Source: Pyrinomonadaceae bacterium (GTDB lineage Bacteria; Acidobacteriota; Blastocatellia; Pyrinomonadales; Pyrinomonadaceae). Taken from it: a DNA stretch of 64,000 bases. Each line of letters opens with the position of its first letter. Positions within the stretch are counted from its first letter, which is position 1. The stretch lies in the NCBI GenBank assembly GCA_037969295.1, contig JBBKXD010000087.1, forward strand, positions 918 to 64,917, given 5' to 3'. This document shows, piece after piece, positions 55,603 to 64,000 of the stretch. A program made the translations under genes and the position numbers. The notes beneath the pieces were generated by a model. It had not been told where the DNA came from and did not search any database. It saw only the letters and a program-made list of their open reading frames with translations.

Positions 55603-56361
55603 CTAGCCCAGCGCATCGAGACATTCCGTCAGCGGACGCTGCCGGCATGTATAGACCGGCATCCCACGAAGGGTCAACTTACTCGCCGGCGTTTGACGCA
55701 ATTCCTCGGCAAGCGCAAGAAAGTCGTTCGGCTCATCCGTCTCGAACGAGATCACATATTCCTGCTCGCTAAAACCAAACGCATGCGTCATGTGGATCTT
55801 TATGTTCTGAAATTTCTTCCCGACCATGAAGTTCTCTTCGATCAGAGCGTCGCGTTCCTCGCCAGTCTTTTCGTGCCATTCCCTATGTTTGGCACACGGA
55901 TAGACGAAATGAAACTTCTTCGCACCTGCAACAACGTGGAAACGGTCATCGGAACCGTCGGCAACAAACATCATCCGCTTTGTCACGGCCAAATAATTGT
56001 CGACCACCTCGAAATAACTGCCAAGGCGCGTCCGATAGAGTTTTGCGGTCATCTCCTGGATCAGATCGAGAGAGCTGCCGATCCTCCAGAACATGATGTC
56101 AGCTTTCGAATCGAACCCGACGAGCGAATATGTGTAGAGCAGGAAATTGTCGCGGAACTTGTCAAAGGCGCTCTGAAATTCAGATTTGAAGATGCTCTTG
56201 GTTTCCGGATCCAGCTTTCGCCAATCCGGATTCACGCGGAAAAACATGAAATTTACAAACTGTTTTTCGAGCGCAGGTTCCTCAACGGAACCCGTCGTAT
56301 CGCTGACGAGGCGCAGCCCGCTCTGGTCTCCAGTTTCCTTTCTTAAATTTTGCTGCTCCAT
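55603..56361 (-). CDS. chlorite dismutase-family protein (HemQ/ChdC-like coproheme decarboxylase candidate)
   Basis: Two ferredoxin-like halves: FMFFRVNPDWRKL...YSLVGFDSKADIMFWR and ...HFVYPCAKHREWH...IKIHMTHAFGFSEQEYVISFETDE. The start could also be 56442. Confidence 0.75.
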   Translation of the reverse strand: MEQQNLRKETGDQSGLRLVSDTTGSVEEPALEKQFVNFMFFRVNPDWRKLDPETKSIFKSEFQSAFDKFRDNFLLYTYSLVGFDSKADIMFWRIGSSLDLIQEMTAKLYRTRLGSYFEVVDNYLAVTKRMMFVADGSDDRFHVVAGAKKFHFVYPCAKHREWHEKTGEERDALIEENFMVGKKFQNIKIHMTHAFGFSEQEYVISFETDEPNDFLALAEELRQTPASKLTLRGMPVYTCRQRPLTECLDALG

Positions 56362-56604
56362 CTCGTTCGACCCAGCAAATATCAACTCCGGCTCATTCCC
56401 TAGGCTAAAAATCATTCTGCCAGATTTCCTACGAGAGTCCAAAAGTCGGTTACTATTCGGTAAAAGCTTTAAGTTTTTACATGTCTTACTGATGCAGGAA
56501 CTGATGCCGCATGTTTTTTAGAAGAAATTCCTTGGGACTGGCCGGATTCACCCCCTTTCCAGCATTGGCACGAGAATACGCAAATCAAACGGATCGGAGG
56601 GAAA

Positions 56605-57971
56605 ATGAGAAACAGGTTTTTATCTTTGCTAGCTGCGACAATTTTTGTCTTCACTCTGTCTTCGGCAACGAGGGCGGAGACATTTACGGCCTATCTGTCA
56701 GGAGCCCAGGAAGTTCCCCCAGTAGCCACCAGCGCGACCGGTTACGCTCGCATCTTTGTGAATGAGTCGACCATGACTCTTACTTTTACGGTCGTCTTCA
56801 ATGGCCTGGGCTCGGCCCAGACGGGTTCACATATACATGCTCCCGCCGCAGTGGGCGTGAATGCGGGAGTTGCCATCGATCTAGGCTCGGTGGGCGGGAC
56901 ATCGGGGACCATTCCGGTACGAGAAGCATCACTCCGCTCCAGTTGAGCCAGATCAGACAGCATCTCGGCTATGTGAATGTGCACTCGGTGAATTTTGGCG
57001 GCGGCGAGATCCGCGGTCAGCTGGGGATCCCCAGGCCGGTCGATTATGACGGTGATGGCCGCCAGGATTTTAGCGTCTTGAGATTTCCCGGAATGGGCGA
57101 TCCGCGGCCGATTACCTACTGGAATCTTAATTCTACCTCCGGAACGCAGATCGTTGGCTGGGGCAACGCTTTGACCGACTTTCCGGTACCTGGTGACTAT
57201 GACGGCGATGGCCGGGGAGATCTTGCTCTTTACCGCGCCGGGGCTGCCTTGGGCGACCTCAGTGTTTTCTGGATACTTCGTTCCAGCAACAATACTGCGT
57301 TGGCAATACAGTATGGCCAGTTCGGCGACCAAGCCCACTGCCGCGATTTCGACGGCGATGGTAAGACCGACCCGACGATCGTTCGACCGGGTGCGACGGC
57401 CAATGACCAATTGGTCTGGTGGATAAATCAAAGTGCGACGAGCACCGACCGCGTAGTTTCCTTTGGACAAACGGGTAACACCGCCGCTTTTGACAATCCC
57501 GTGGCGGGCGATTATGACGGGGATGGAAAATTCGATCTTGCCGTTTATCGGTTCACACTTGCACCGACCAACACCTTCATAATCCTTCGCAGCTCGGATG
57601 GGGCCATAACGTACCAGCAATGGGGGAACTTCAATACTGACTGGATTGTGCCCGGCGACTACGATGGCGACGGAAAATATGATCTTGCGGCTGCCCGGAC
57701 CGGCGCTTCCCCAACAAGTCCTATGTTTTGGTGGATAAAGAACAGCAGTAACGGCCAGATTGATGTTAAGGGCTTCGGCCTCAGCTCGGACAGGCCGGTG
57801 CAGGGCGACTACGACGGGGATGCTCGAACTGATTTAGCCGTCTATAGAGGGGGGGCAACCACAGCAGCACAAAGCTTTTTCTGGGTCCTCCGAAGCTTTG
57901 ACAATACGGCGCAACCGCTCGGATGGGGTCTCGGGGGGGACTTTCCTACAGCTTCATTTGACGCTCGGTAA
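56605..57971 (+). pseudogene. secreted CHRD-domain + FG-GAP/VCBS-repeat protein split by a 1-nt frameshift near 56912
   Basis: Signal peptide plus CHRD (AYLSGAQEVPPV...GSHIHAP...). The CHRD end (SITPLQLSQIRQHLGYVNVHSVNFGGGEIRGQL) continues in the frame of ORF 56943-57971, which holds ~6 DYDGDG(K/R)xDxAVYR repeats. Confidence 0.65.
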
Positions 57972-57995
57972 TTCAACCCGCTTTTGTTAACATGG

Positions 57996-58032
57996 TTCCG
58001 GCCCGGAATTCTTCCAGGCCGGAATTTTTTTT
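57996..58032 (+). terminator. rho-independent terminator
   Basis: ttccggcc / ggccggaa stem followed by tttttttt, immediately after the FG-GAP gene stop. Confidence 0.6.
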
Positions 58033-58037
58033 GACCA

Positions 58038-58904
58038 ATGAGTCGATTTCTTCTATTGACGTTTGTGTCTTTGCTTTATGCTGTGGGCGTGTCCGGTCAG
58101 CAGCGCCCGCTGATCACCGACGACATCGACATTACACCTGCCGGCGCGATCGAGATCTCGGCCGGCGTCGATTTCTTTCAGAACGTCAAATATCCGTTAT
58201 CCGGATTGAGAGGAGATTTGACCCGCGTCGGCGACGTACGGATCCGAAACGGCTTTGCATCGAATGTGGAACTGCAAGTCGAAGGCGTCATCCAAAATTT
58301 TCTTGCCATCAATTCGCAAACACTTCCATCTCCGATTCCCCTCAATATCACGGGCAATTCGACCAGTGATTTTGACGACATCGTCGTGTCGGCAAAAGTC
58401 CTGTTGCTACGCGAAACGCGAAACACCCCGGCACTCGGTATAAAGTTCGGTTTCCAACTGCCGAATACCGATCAGGCACGCGGCATCGGCACCAATCAGA
58501 TAAACGTTTTTAGCAAGGTCATTGTCCAGAAAAAGTTTGGTAAGCGGGCGGGGCGGGCTCCGCGTGCAAATATTTACGGCAACATCGGCCTCGGTATCAT
58601 GAACGCACCGCTGGCGAACTTTACTCAAAACGACGTGATCCTCTATGGCCTGGCTGGAATTTTTGAACTGACCGATCGCATCAATCTTGTCAGCGAAGTA
58701 AACGGACGTTACAGCTCGCGATCCGGCGTGGCCCCACTGGGCACAGAAAGCGTCGGGCAGTTTCGCGTTGGAACACAGATACGGGCATCCGGTCTTCGTT
58801 TTGATACAGCTGCGGTTTTCGGCCTGACGAAATTCAGCCCGCGCTCGGGCGTAACGTTCGGCGTAACTTACCTTTCACCAGTCTTCGTCCCGATCGCCAA
58901 ATAA
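58038..58904 (+). CDS. putative outer-membrane beta-barrel protein
   Basis: Signal peptide, alternating amphipathic strands, and a C-terminal aromatic-rich end (GVTFGVTYLSPVF). No specific family was recognised. Confidence 0.4.
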   Translation: MSRFLLLTFVSLLYAVGVSGQQRPLITDDIDITPAGAIEISAGVDFFQNVKYPLSGLRGDLTRVGDVRIRNGFASNVELQVEGVIQNFLAINSQTLPSPIPLNITGNSTSDFDDIVVSAKVLLLRETRNTPALGIKFGFQLPNTDQARGIGTNQINVFSKVIVQKKFGKRAGRAPRANIYGNIGLGIMNAPLANFTQNDVILYGLAGIFELTDRINLVSEVNGRYSSRSGVAPLGTESVGQFRVGTQIRASGLRFDTAAVFGLTKFSPRSGVTFGVTYLSPVFVPIAK

Positions 58905-58907
58905 ACT

Positions 58908-59708
58908 TTAAGAAATATTGATCGGCGAGTGTCCGTGCCCGAGCATCGGAGCGGTACGTATTGCTTCGGAAACAAAATTCTTGGCAATGCCGACGGCGTC
59001 GACGAGACTCTTCCCAAGAGCCCGATTCGCTGTGATCGCGGCCGCCAGCGTGCACCCGGTTCCGTGCGTTGCGGTGGTCTCTATATACTCTGCCTCGAAC
59101 GTATGAATGTCGTCGCCGATATATAGATGATCGACTGCTTTTCTCCCGGACTGCGTTTCGTGATTTAGATGGCCACCTTTGATAAGCACATTCTTGGCAC
59201 CCATCCTCTGCATTTCTTTAGCGGCAGCATGAACATCTGCTTGGGTTTCTATCCGCAGCCCCGTTATCCGTTCGGCTTCGGCCCGGTTCGGCGTGACCAG
59301 CTCAGACAGTGGAAACAAGACTTTTATCAGTGATCGAAGAGCATCGTCATCGATCAGATCAAATCCGGACGTCGAACGAACGACCGGATCGACAATCAAT
59401 TTCGCTGCCCCCATCCTACCGATCAGCTGACCCGTTACTTTGATAACTTCGCGGGTCGGAAGCATTCCGGTCTTCAATGCCGCGATCTGGTAGTCCTCAA
59501 TGATTGGCTTGATCTGACGGCGGACAGTTTCGGCGGTTTGATGCTCGGCGCCAAAAACTCCGACCGTGTTCTGAAAAGTTATCGACGAAACGACCGCCGC
59601 GCCAAAGCACCCGAATGACGAGAACGTTTTGATATCGGCGATGATCCCCGCCCCGCCCGAAGGATCGAGGCCCGCGATCGTCAAACAAACGGGTTTGGGC
59701 ATAAACAA
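58908..59708 (-). CDS. thiD: hydroxymethylpyrimidine/phosphomethylpyrimidine kinase
   Basis: LTIAGLDPSGGAGI, KTGML and THGTGCTLAAAI motifs. Confidence 0.9.
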   Translation of the reverse strand: MFMPKPVCLTIAGLDPSGGAGIIADIKTFSSFGCFGAAVVSSITFQNTVGVFGAEHQTAETVRRQIKPIIEDYQIAALKTGMLPTREVIKVTGQLIGRMGAAKLIVDPVVRSTSGFDLIDDDALRSLIKVLFPLSELVTPNRAEAERITGLRIETQADVHAAAKEMQRMGAKNVLIKGGHLNHETQSGRKAVDHLYIGDDIHTFEAEYIETTATHGTGCTLAAAITANRALGKSLVDAVGIAKNFVSEAIRTAPMLGHGHSPINIS

Positions 59709-59733
59709 AACCTCAACGGGTGTACCGGATAAA

Positions 59734-60360
59734 TTATAGACCTTCGCAAATCACGCGGCGGCTCGACCGGTCGTTCAGCGAACGGATCGCGGCAATCCCG
59801 GCCGCTCCCGCGGACAGCACGCTCTCGAAATTGTTTTGATCCACGCCGCCTAGTGCGATGACCGGAAAAGTATTGAGCTCGCGGCAGACGGCGCTCAAAG
59901 ATTCGATGCCAACCGGCGGACCCTTTCCGGGTGTTTCGAAAATCGGGCCAAAAAAGATATAGTCGGCACCCGAGCGTGATGCAGATAATGCTTGCCCGAT
60001 CGAATGGGTCGAAACGCCAATTACAATGTCACTCGAGATCGCTCGCCGAACAACATCCGGCTGAAGAGAGGTTTCCGGCAGATGTACCCCGTCGGCCCGC
60101 GCCGCGATAGCCACATCCAAACGATCGTTAACCAGAACGAGCGCCTCCGTCGAGCTCAAAATCTGGACGGCTTCGCTCACGAGGTGAAATAACAACCTGG
60201 CGGGCAAAGCCTTTTCCCGTATCTGGATCAGATTCACGCCGTCCGCGACAGCGTCTCGAATCGTCTCCAACAACCCATTTTTTATTATTTCGAAATTCGA
60301 AGGATCGGCTTCGCCGGCGGTGATCAGGCAGGTGTATGGACCATCTAGGAGAGGTTTCAC
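59734..60360 (-). CDS. thiE: thiamine-phosphate synthase
   Basis: LIQIREK, GVHLPE, GVSTHS, YIFFGPIFETPGK and IALGG motifs. Confidence 0.9.
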   Translation of the reverse strand: MKPLLDGPYTCLITAGEADPSNFEIIKNGLLETIRDAVADGVNLIQIREKALPARLLFHLVSEAVQILSSTEALVLVNDRLDVAIAARADGVHLPETSLQPDVVRRAISSDIVIGVSTHSIGQALSASRSGADYIFFGPIFETPGKGPPVGIESLSAVCRELNTFPVIALGGVDQNNFESVLSAGAAGIAAIRSLNDRSSRRVICEGL

Positions 60361-60650
60361 TGTTGTCCGGTTTTCTCACCCCGGAGCATCGCGACACTCT
60401 GGTCGAAGTGTGCCGCTTCCCAGAACGCGATCACGATGTTCAAGACACCCAGACCAGTGACTGCTCCCCGGAACCAATTCGAAGCGACGGTCCTTTGCAG
60501 GATCGGGAAGCCCGCCCGGTCCGTGACGAACACAAGAAGGTAATTCTCACCCCAATGCCCAAAGAGCATGTCCCAGGGCGAAAGTACCAGATAGAACCCA
60601 AGCAACAGGCAGAGAACTATGAAAAAAATGACGGTCAGTTTCTCAACCAT
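60357..60650 (-). CDS. small membrane protein, unknown function
   Basis: Two or three hydrophobic helices and a 4-nt overlap with the thiE start. No motif was recognised. Confidence 0.4.
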   Translation of the reverse strand: MVEKLTVIFFIVLCLLLGFYLVLSPWDMLFGHWGENYLLVFVTDRAGFPILQRTVASNWFRGAVTGLGVLNIVIAFWEAAHFDQSVAMLRGEKTGQQ

Positions 60651-60694
60651 ACCGTCAAATTATAGCTTCTTTCATTTTTTAGCGACAGTGCGGC

Positions 60695-62779
60695 CTAGTG
60701 ACCGACAGCGATGTTCTTTACCCGTTCGCTTACATCGCGGAAATCGATATTTTCAGCGTAAACCTGTTCGAAATAACGACCAGCATTATCCGTGTCCCCT
60801 TCCGCTTCGTATGCAAGGGCAAGCTCGTACCAAATTCCCTGCTTCTCTTCATCGCCAAGACCTGGCGTCTCAAGTGCTCGCTGGTACCAGGTCAATGCGT
60901 GTTTAGGCATGGATTTCTGCATGAAGCAATGGCCCAGCAGATTCGAGCACTGAAAAAAGCGGCGTGTCGGATCGTTTGGCTGGACAAGCCCAATCGCATC
61001 CTGAAATTCTCTTATCGCCTCGTCGAGCAATCCCATCTCCTGATATGCGACGGCCGTGTGATAGTGAGTATCGTAATCCGAATCAGTTGCCGAATCGACC
61101 TCGTCGATCCCCAGCTCGTTCCGCAGATCGTCGATGCCAAATCCCGAGGAAGTGACGGCCTGGTTACCGTTGGTCGAAACGTCCGGCGACGGCGCGGCAA
61201 CTTGTGCTGGTTCGTCTTCTTGCGTAGTTTCCTGAAGTTTGAGATGCGCCTCCAACTCGCGGACCTCAACACGATCACCAAATTCGCTCCGAAGTTCGCC
61301 GATCGCCTTGTCCGCCAGCTCGAGATAGCCGCTGTCAATATAAAACTTGATGCTGTCGATCTCACGCAGCAGGCGATCTTCGTTTATATCTCCGCCGGCT
61401 TCCGCAAATGTTGTCCCAGTACCATTGCCTGATTCATCGACGATCGCGAAATCGGCGAATTGAGTATCGTCGGAACTGGCGAGGTCCGATCCCTCCTGCA
61501 GCGTGGGCGTTTCCGCCGCGAAAGTTTCTAGCTCGGGTTCAGGTGGCTTTGGAGATCTCAAAAACTGCTCATCGAATAGGTTCACCGTCGCGTAAGTATC
61601 GTCGAAGCCGAACTGCTCATTGATCTGCTTTAGACGATCGGCATAATCGACCTCATAAGGAGCGATCATCACAAGCTGCGACAGCGCGAATCGCTCGTCA
61701 TCCACCGATTCCTTTTGCCGGGCAGCCGCAGCCAGTTGTGCGAGCGCCTCGAGCATTCCCGACTCATCGCGCTGCCACGCGGAAAGCCGAGCCCTCAGCC
61801 GCAATCCTTCGAGCTGTTCCGGATCGAGAACCAGCAGCTCGTTGAGAAGCGACTGGAACTCGTCGGCCTCGCCCGCTAAAAGCAAGTGCTCGGAGGCCAT
61901 GGCCATCACTCGGCCCGCCGACTCAGCATCACTATTTTTCAGATAGATCCGGGCAAGCGCGACAAGCTTCGGATAGGTCGCCGGCTCCTTCTCGATAAGT
62001 CCTATGACAGTCTTCTCGGCCTCGGCAGTATTTCCCGCCTCGAGATAACAATCGATCAATAGATGTAGGACATCGCGATCATTGGGTTCAGCAGAATGTA
62101 TTTCTTCCAGCCGCCCGGCCGCATTCGCCGCGGTTCCAAGGGCGAAATGTGATTGTACAAAGGCGGCAAGTATCTTCGGGTTAATCGGCGTTAGTTCAAG
62201 AGCTTTCTCAAACGCCTCGGTCGCCTCCGCGTGTTTGGATTTCTTCGCCAGGCGAACGCCGGCTTCGTGGAATGCAACTGCCGCCTGTTCCGGTTGATCT
62301 TCGTCGAGATATGCCGATGCGAGATCTAGTTGAATTGTCGTGTCGGTCGGATCGAGCGAAGCGATCTGCTTTCGAACTTCAAGGGCGTCGATCTTTTGGC
62401 CTTCACTCTCGTAATATTCGGCAACGACCTTGTAGTGTGAACGGGCCTCATTTATCGAACCCTTGAGTTTATATAGTTCGGCGAGCTTTTCAGTGATCTC
62501 GATCGAACCGGGTTGGATCTTGGCGATCTTGTTGTAAAGGGCGATGGCTTTCTGGGCGAAGCCCTGCTTGCTGTAATGTTCCGCTACCTTTGTATAGCAG
62601 CTAACCGCCTGTATCTTTTCGGCGTTCTTGGTGTAGAGATCGCCGAGCATATTCAGCGTCCCAAAATCTTTCGGATCGTTGGCGACAACCTGCTTATACT
62701 CCCCGATAGCAGACTGAATCTTCCCCTGTGCGAGATACCGTTCGGCATTTCGCATAGCCTTTGTTTTGTCGAAAACCAT
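60695..62779 (-). CDS. tetratricopeptide-repeat protein
   Basis: Many TPR-like A..Y.K.A/G..Y..G helices at the N- and C-termini around an acidic linker. The start is taken at MVFDKTKAMRNAERYL. Confidence 0.8.
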   Translation of the reverse strand: MVFDKTKAMRNAERYLAQGKIQSAIGEYKQVVANDPKDFGTLNMLGDLYTKNAEKIQAVSCYTKVAEHYSKQGFAQKAIALYNKIAKIQPGSIEITEKLAELYKLKGSINEARSHYKVVAEYYESEGQKIDALEVRKQIASLDPTDTTIQLDLASAYLDEDQPEQAAVAFHEAGVRLAKKSKHAEATEAFEKALELTPINPKILAAFVQSHFALGTAANAAGRLEEIHSAEPNDRDVLHLLIDCYLEAGNTAEAEKTVIGLIEKEPATYPKLVALARIYLKNSDAESAGRVMAMASEHLLLAGEADEFQSLLNELLVLDPEQLEGLRLRARLSAWQRDESGMLEALAQLAAAARQKESVDDERFALSQLVMIAPYEVDYADRLKQINEQFGFDDTYATVNLFDEQFLRSPKPPEPELETFAAETPTLQEGSDLASSDDTQFADFAIVDESGNGTGTTFAEAGGDINEDRLLREIDSIKFYIDSGYLELADKAIGELRSEFGDRVEVRELEAHLKLQETTQEDEPAQVAAPSPDVSTNGNQAVTSSGFGIDDLRNELGIDEVDSATDSDYDTHYHTAVAYQEMGLLDEAIREFQDAIGLVQPNDPTRRFFQCSNLLGHCFMQKSMPKHALTWYQRALETPGLGDEEKQGIWYELALAYEAEGDTDNAGRYFEQVYAENIDFRDVSERVKNIAVGH

Positions 62780-63029
62780 GATGGACTTTAAACGATCTGG
62801 AACCCAGCGGATCAAAAGGAGGAAACGGCCATGTTTGCTAATGGTCTGTCGGAGCGTACAGGCGTGTAAATGGTCATACCTGCAAAGAATAAACTAGCAC
62901 AGGCCGGAAAAAAGTGTCAACAACATTTGTCTGGGTTAAACACCTTCGATTATGACTTTGCGGGACGAATCTTTGATTTTTGCGATTGTTTTTTCTAGGC
63001 TTAAGCTTCTGACTCAGAGCAACTTTCAT

Positions 63030-64000
63030 ATGCAAGCACTCATTCTCGCCGGCGGAAAAGGAACTAGACTGCGTCCCCTGACGGTTTATACCCCTAAGCC
63101 CATAGTGCCGATACTAAATCGTCCGTTACTTCAATATCAACTCGAAATTCTCGCCCGCGCCGGCATAATGGATATTACACTTTCACTGAACTATCAGCCG
63201 AATAAGATCGAGGACCTCCTCGGTGACGGATCCGACTTCGGTGTAAACCTCCGGTTCATAACAGAACCGAGCCCTCTGGGCACCGCTGGAGCGTACAAGT
63301 TCGCGGCCGGGTCTCTCCAGGAAACAACCGTGGTCTTTAACGGTGACATCATTACGGACGTCGACGTCGCGAGCGTCATTGAAACGCATCGAGCCAATTC
63401 GGCACAAGCAACGATATTGCTTGCACCGGTTGAGGATCCATCGAAATTCGGTCTCGTGGAGTCGGGGAAAAAAGGTGAGGTCATTCGATTTCTCGAGAAA
63501 CCGTCGCCGGAGACGGCGGCGGATCTTACAACAAAGAACATCAATGCCGGCATCTACGTTCTCGAACCCAGTGTTCTCGATCTCGTACCTGCGGGGAAGA
63601 ACTGCTCGTTTGAATACGACGTATTCCCATCCCTTATTGAAAAAAGACGTCCGTTTTTTGCCCACATAATCGATCACGAGTATTGGCGCGACGTTGGAAC
63701 GCCCGCCAGCTATCTGTCGGCACACCATGATTTTCTTAGCGGAAGGATCAAAAACTTTTTCAATCCCGCCGATGGCGTAAGCGACATCGCCACGACCGCA
63801 GACGTCGATTCAATTTCGATAATCGGCGAAGGCAGCGTGATTAAACCCCACGCTCGGATCACGAACTCGGTTCTCGGTCCGGGAGTCCACGTCGATGAAA
63901 AGGCCTCGATCGCGAATTCGGTTATCTGGGCCCACACAAGGATCTCAAGCTCGGCCGAGATCGACGGCGCCGTCATAGGGAAGAGCTGCTATATCGGCAG
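63030..64000 (+). CDS. NDP-sugar pyrophosphorylase (mannose-1-phosphate guanylyl/nucleotidyl transferase with left-handed beta-helix tail), 3' end beyond the window
   Basis: Hand translation gives MQALILAGGKGTRLRPLTVYTPKPIVPILNRPLL...LGTAGA...INAGIYVLEP...WRDVGTP followed by hexapeptide repeats. It is absent from the track because there is no stop in the window. Confidence 0.85.
   Translation, partial: MQALILAGGKGTRLRPLTVYTPKPIVPILNRPLLQYQLEILARAGIMDITLSLNYQPNKIEDLLGDGSDFGVNLRFITEPSPLGTAGAYKFAAGSLQETTVVFNGDIITDVDVASVIETHRANSAQATILLAPVEDPSKFGLVESGKKGEVIRFLEKPSPETAADLTTKNINAGIYVLEPSVLDLVPAGKNCSFEYDVFPSLIEKRRPFFAHIIDHEYWRDVGTPASYLSAHHDFLSGRIKNFFNPADGVSDIATTADVDSISIIGEGSVIKPHARITNSVLGPGVHVDEKASIANSVIWAHTRISSSAEIDGAVIGKSCYIG

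Overview
Bacterial chromosomal segment from a sigma54-using lineage. The gene content looks Acidobacteriota-like, but that is a low-confidence guess I cannot verify here. Conserved housekeeping genes flank both ends. On the left (1-4.0 kb) are a ppk1 5' end, an L,D-transpeptidase, an archaemetzincin-like lipoprotein, tsaE and nnr. On the right (54.7-64 kb) are apt, acylphosphatase, a chlorite-dismutase/HemQ-family gene, a CHRD+FG-GAP protein, an OM barrel candidate, thiD, thiE, a TPR protein and an NDP-sugar pyrophosphorylase. Between them lies a ~50.3 kb block. It is bounded by an intact tRNA-Arg(CCT) (54481-54557, minus) and a perfect 43-nt direct repeat of that tRNA's 3' half (4175-4217), which is the classic footprint of a tRNA-integrated genomic island. 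No integrase is visible. The tRNA-proximal end carries an excisionase-like HTH ORF and several gene wrecks. The block encodes a 2879-aa cyclic beta-1,2-glucan synthase, its own NtrC-type sigma54 activator plus PAS hybrid histidine kinase, and four universal-stress-protein loci. It also encodes a sugar-phosphate/phosphoketolase-acetate kinase set (gnd, rpiB, class I aldolase, pgm, xfp, ackA). A dense metal-handling cluster is present: a CopB-like P1B ATPase with an unusual CPD motif, 2 MerR regulators, 3 YHS/TRASH proteins, 4 paralogous small 2-TM proteins, DUF2933/DUF302/SHOCT-like proteins, a Met-rich secreted protein and a VKOR/SPW membrane protein. The most striking non-coding signal is four exact TGGCAC-N5-TTGCA sigma54 promoter matches, plus one or two near matches. 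All lie inside the island, are correctly oriented upstream of operons, and include a divergent pair. Several genes are interrupted by 1-nt indels in G/C runs or by an in-frame TGA, which could be real decay or assembly error. No CRISPR array, transposase, rRNA or recognisable defence system was seen. All family names come from reading motifs in the translations, and no database search was run.
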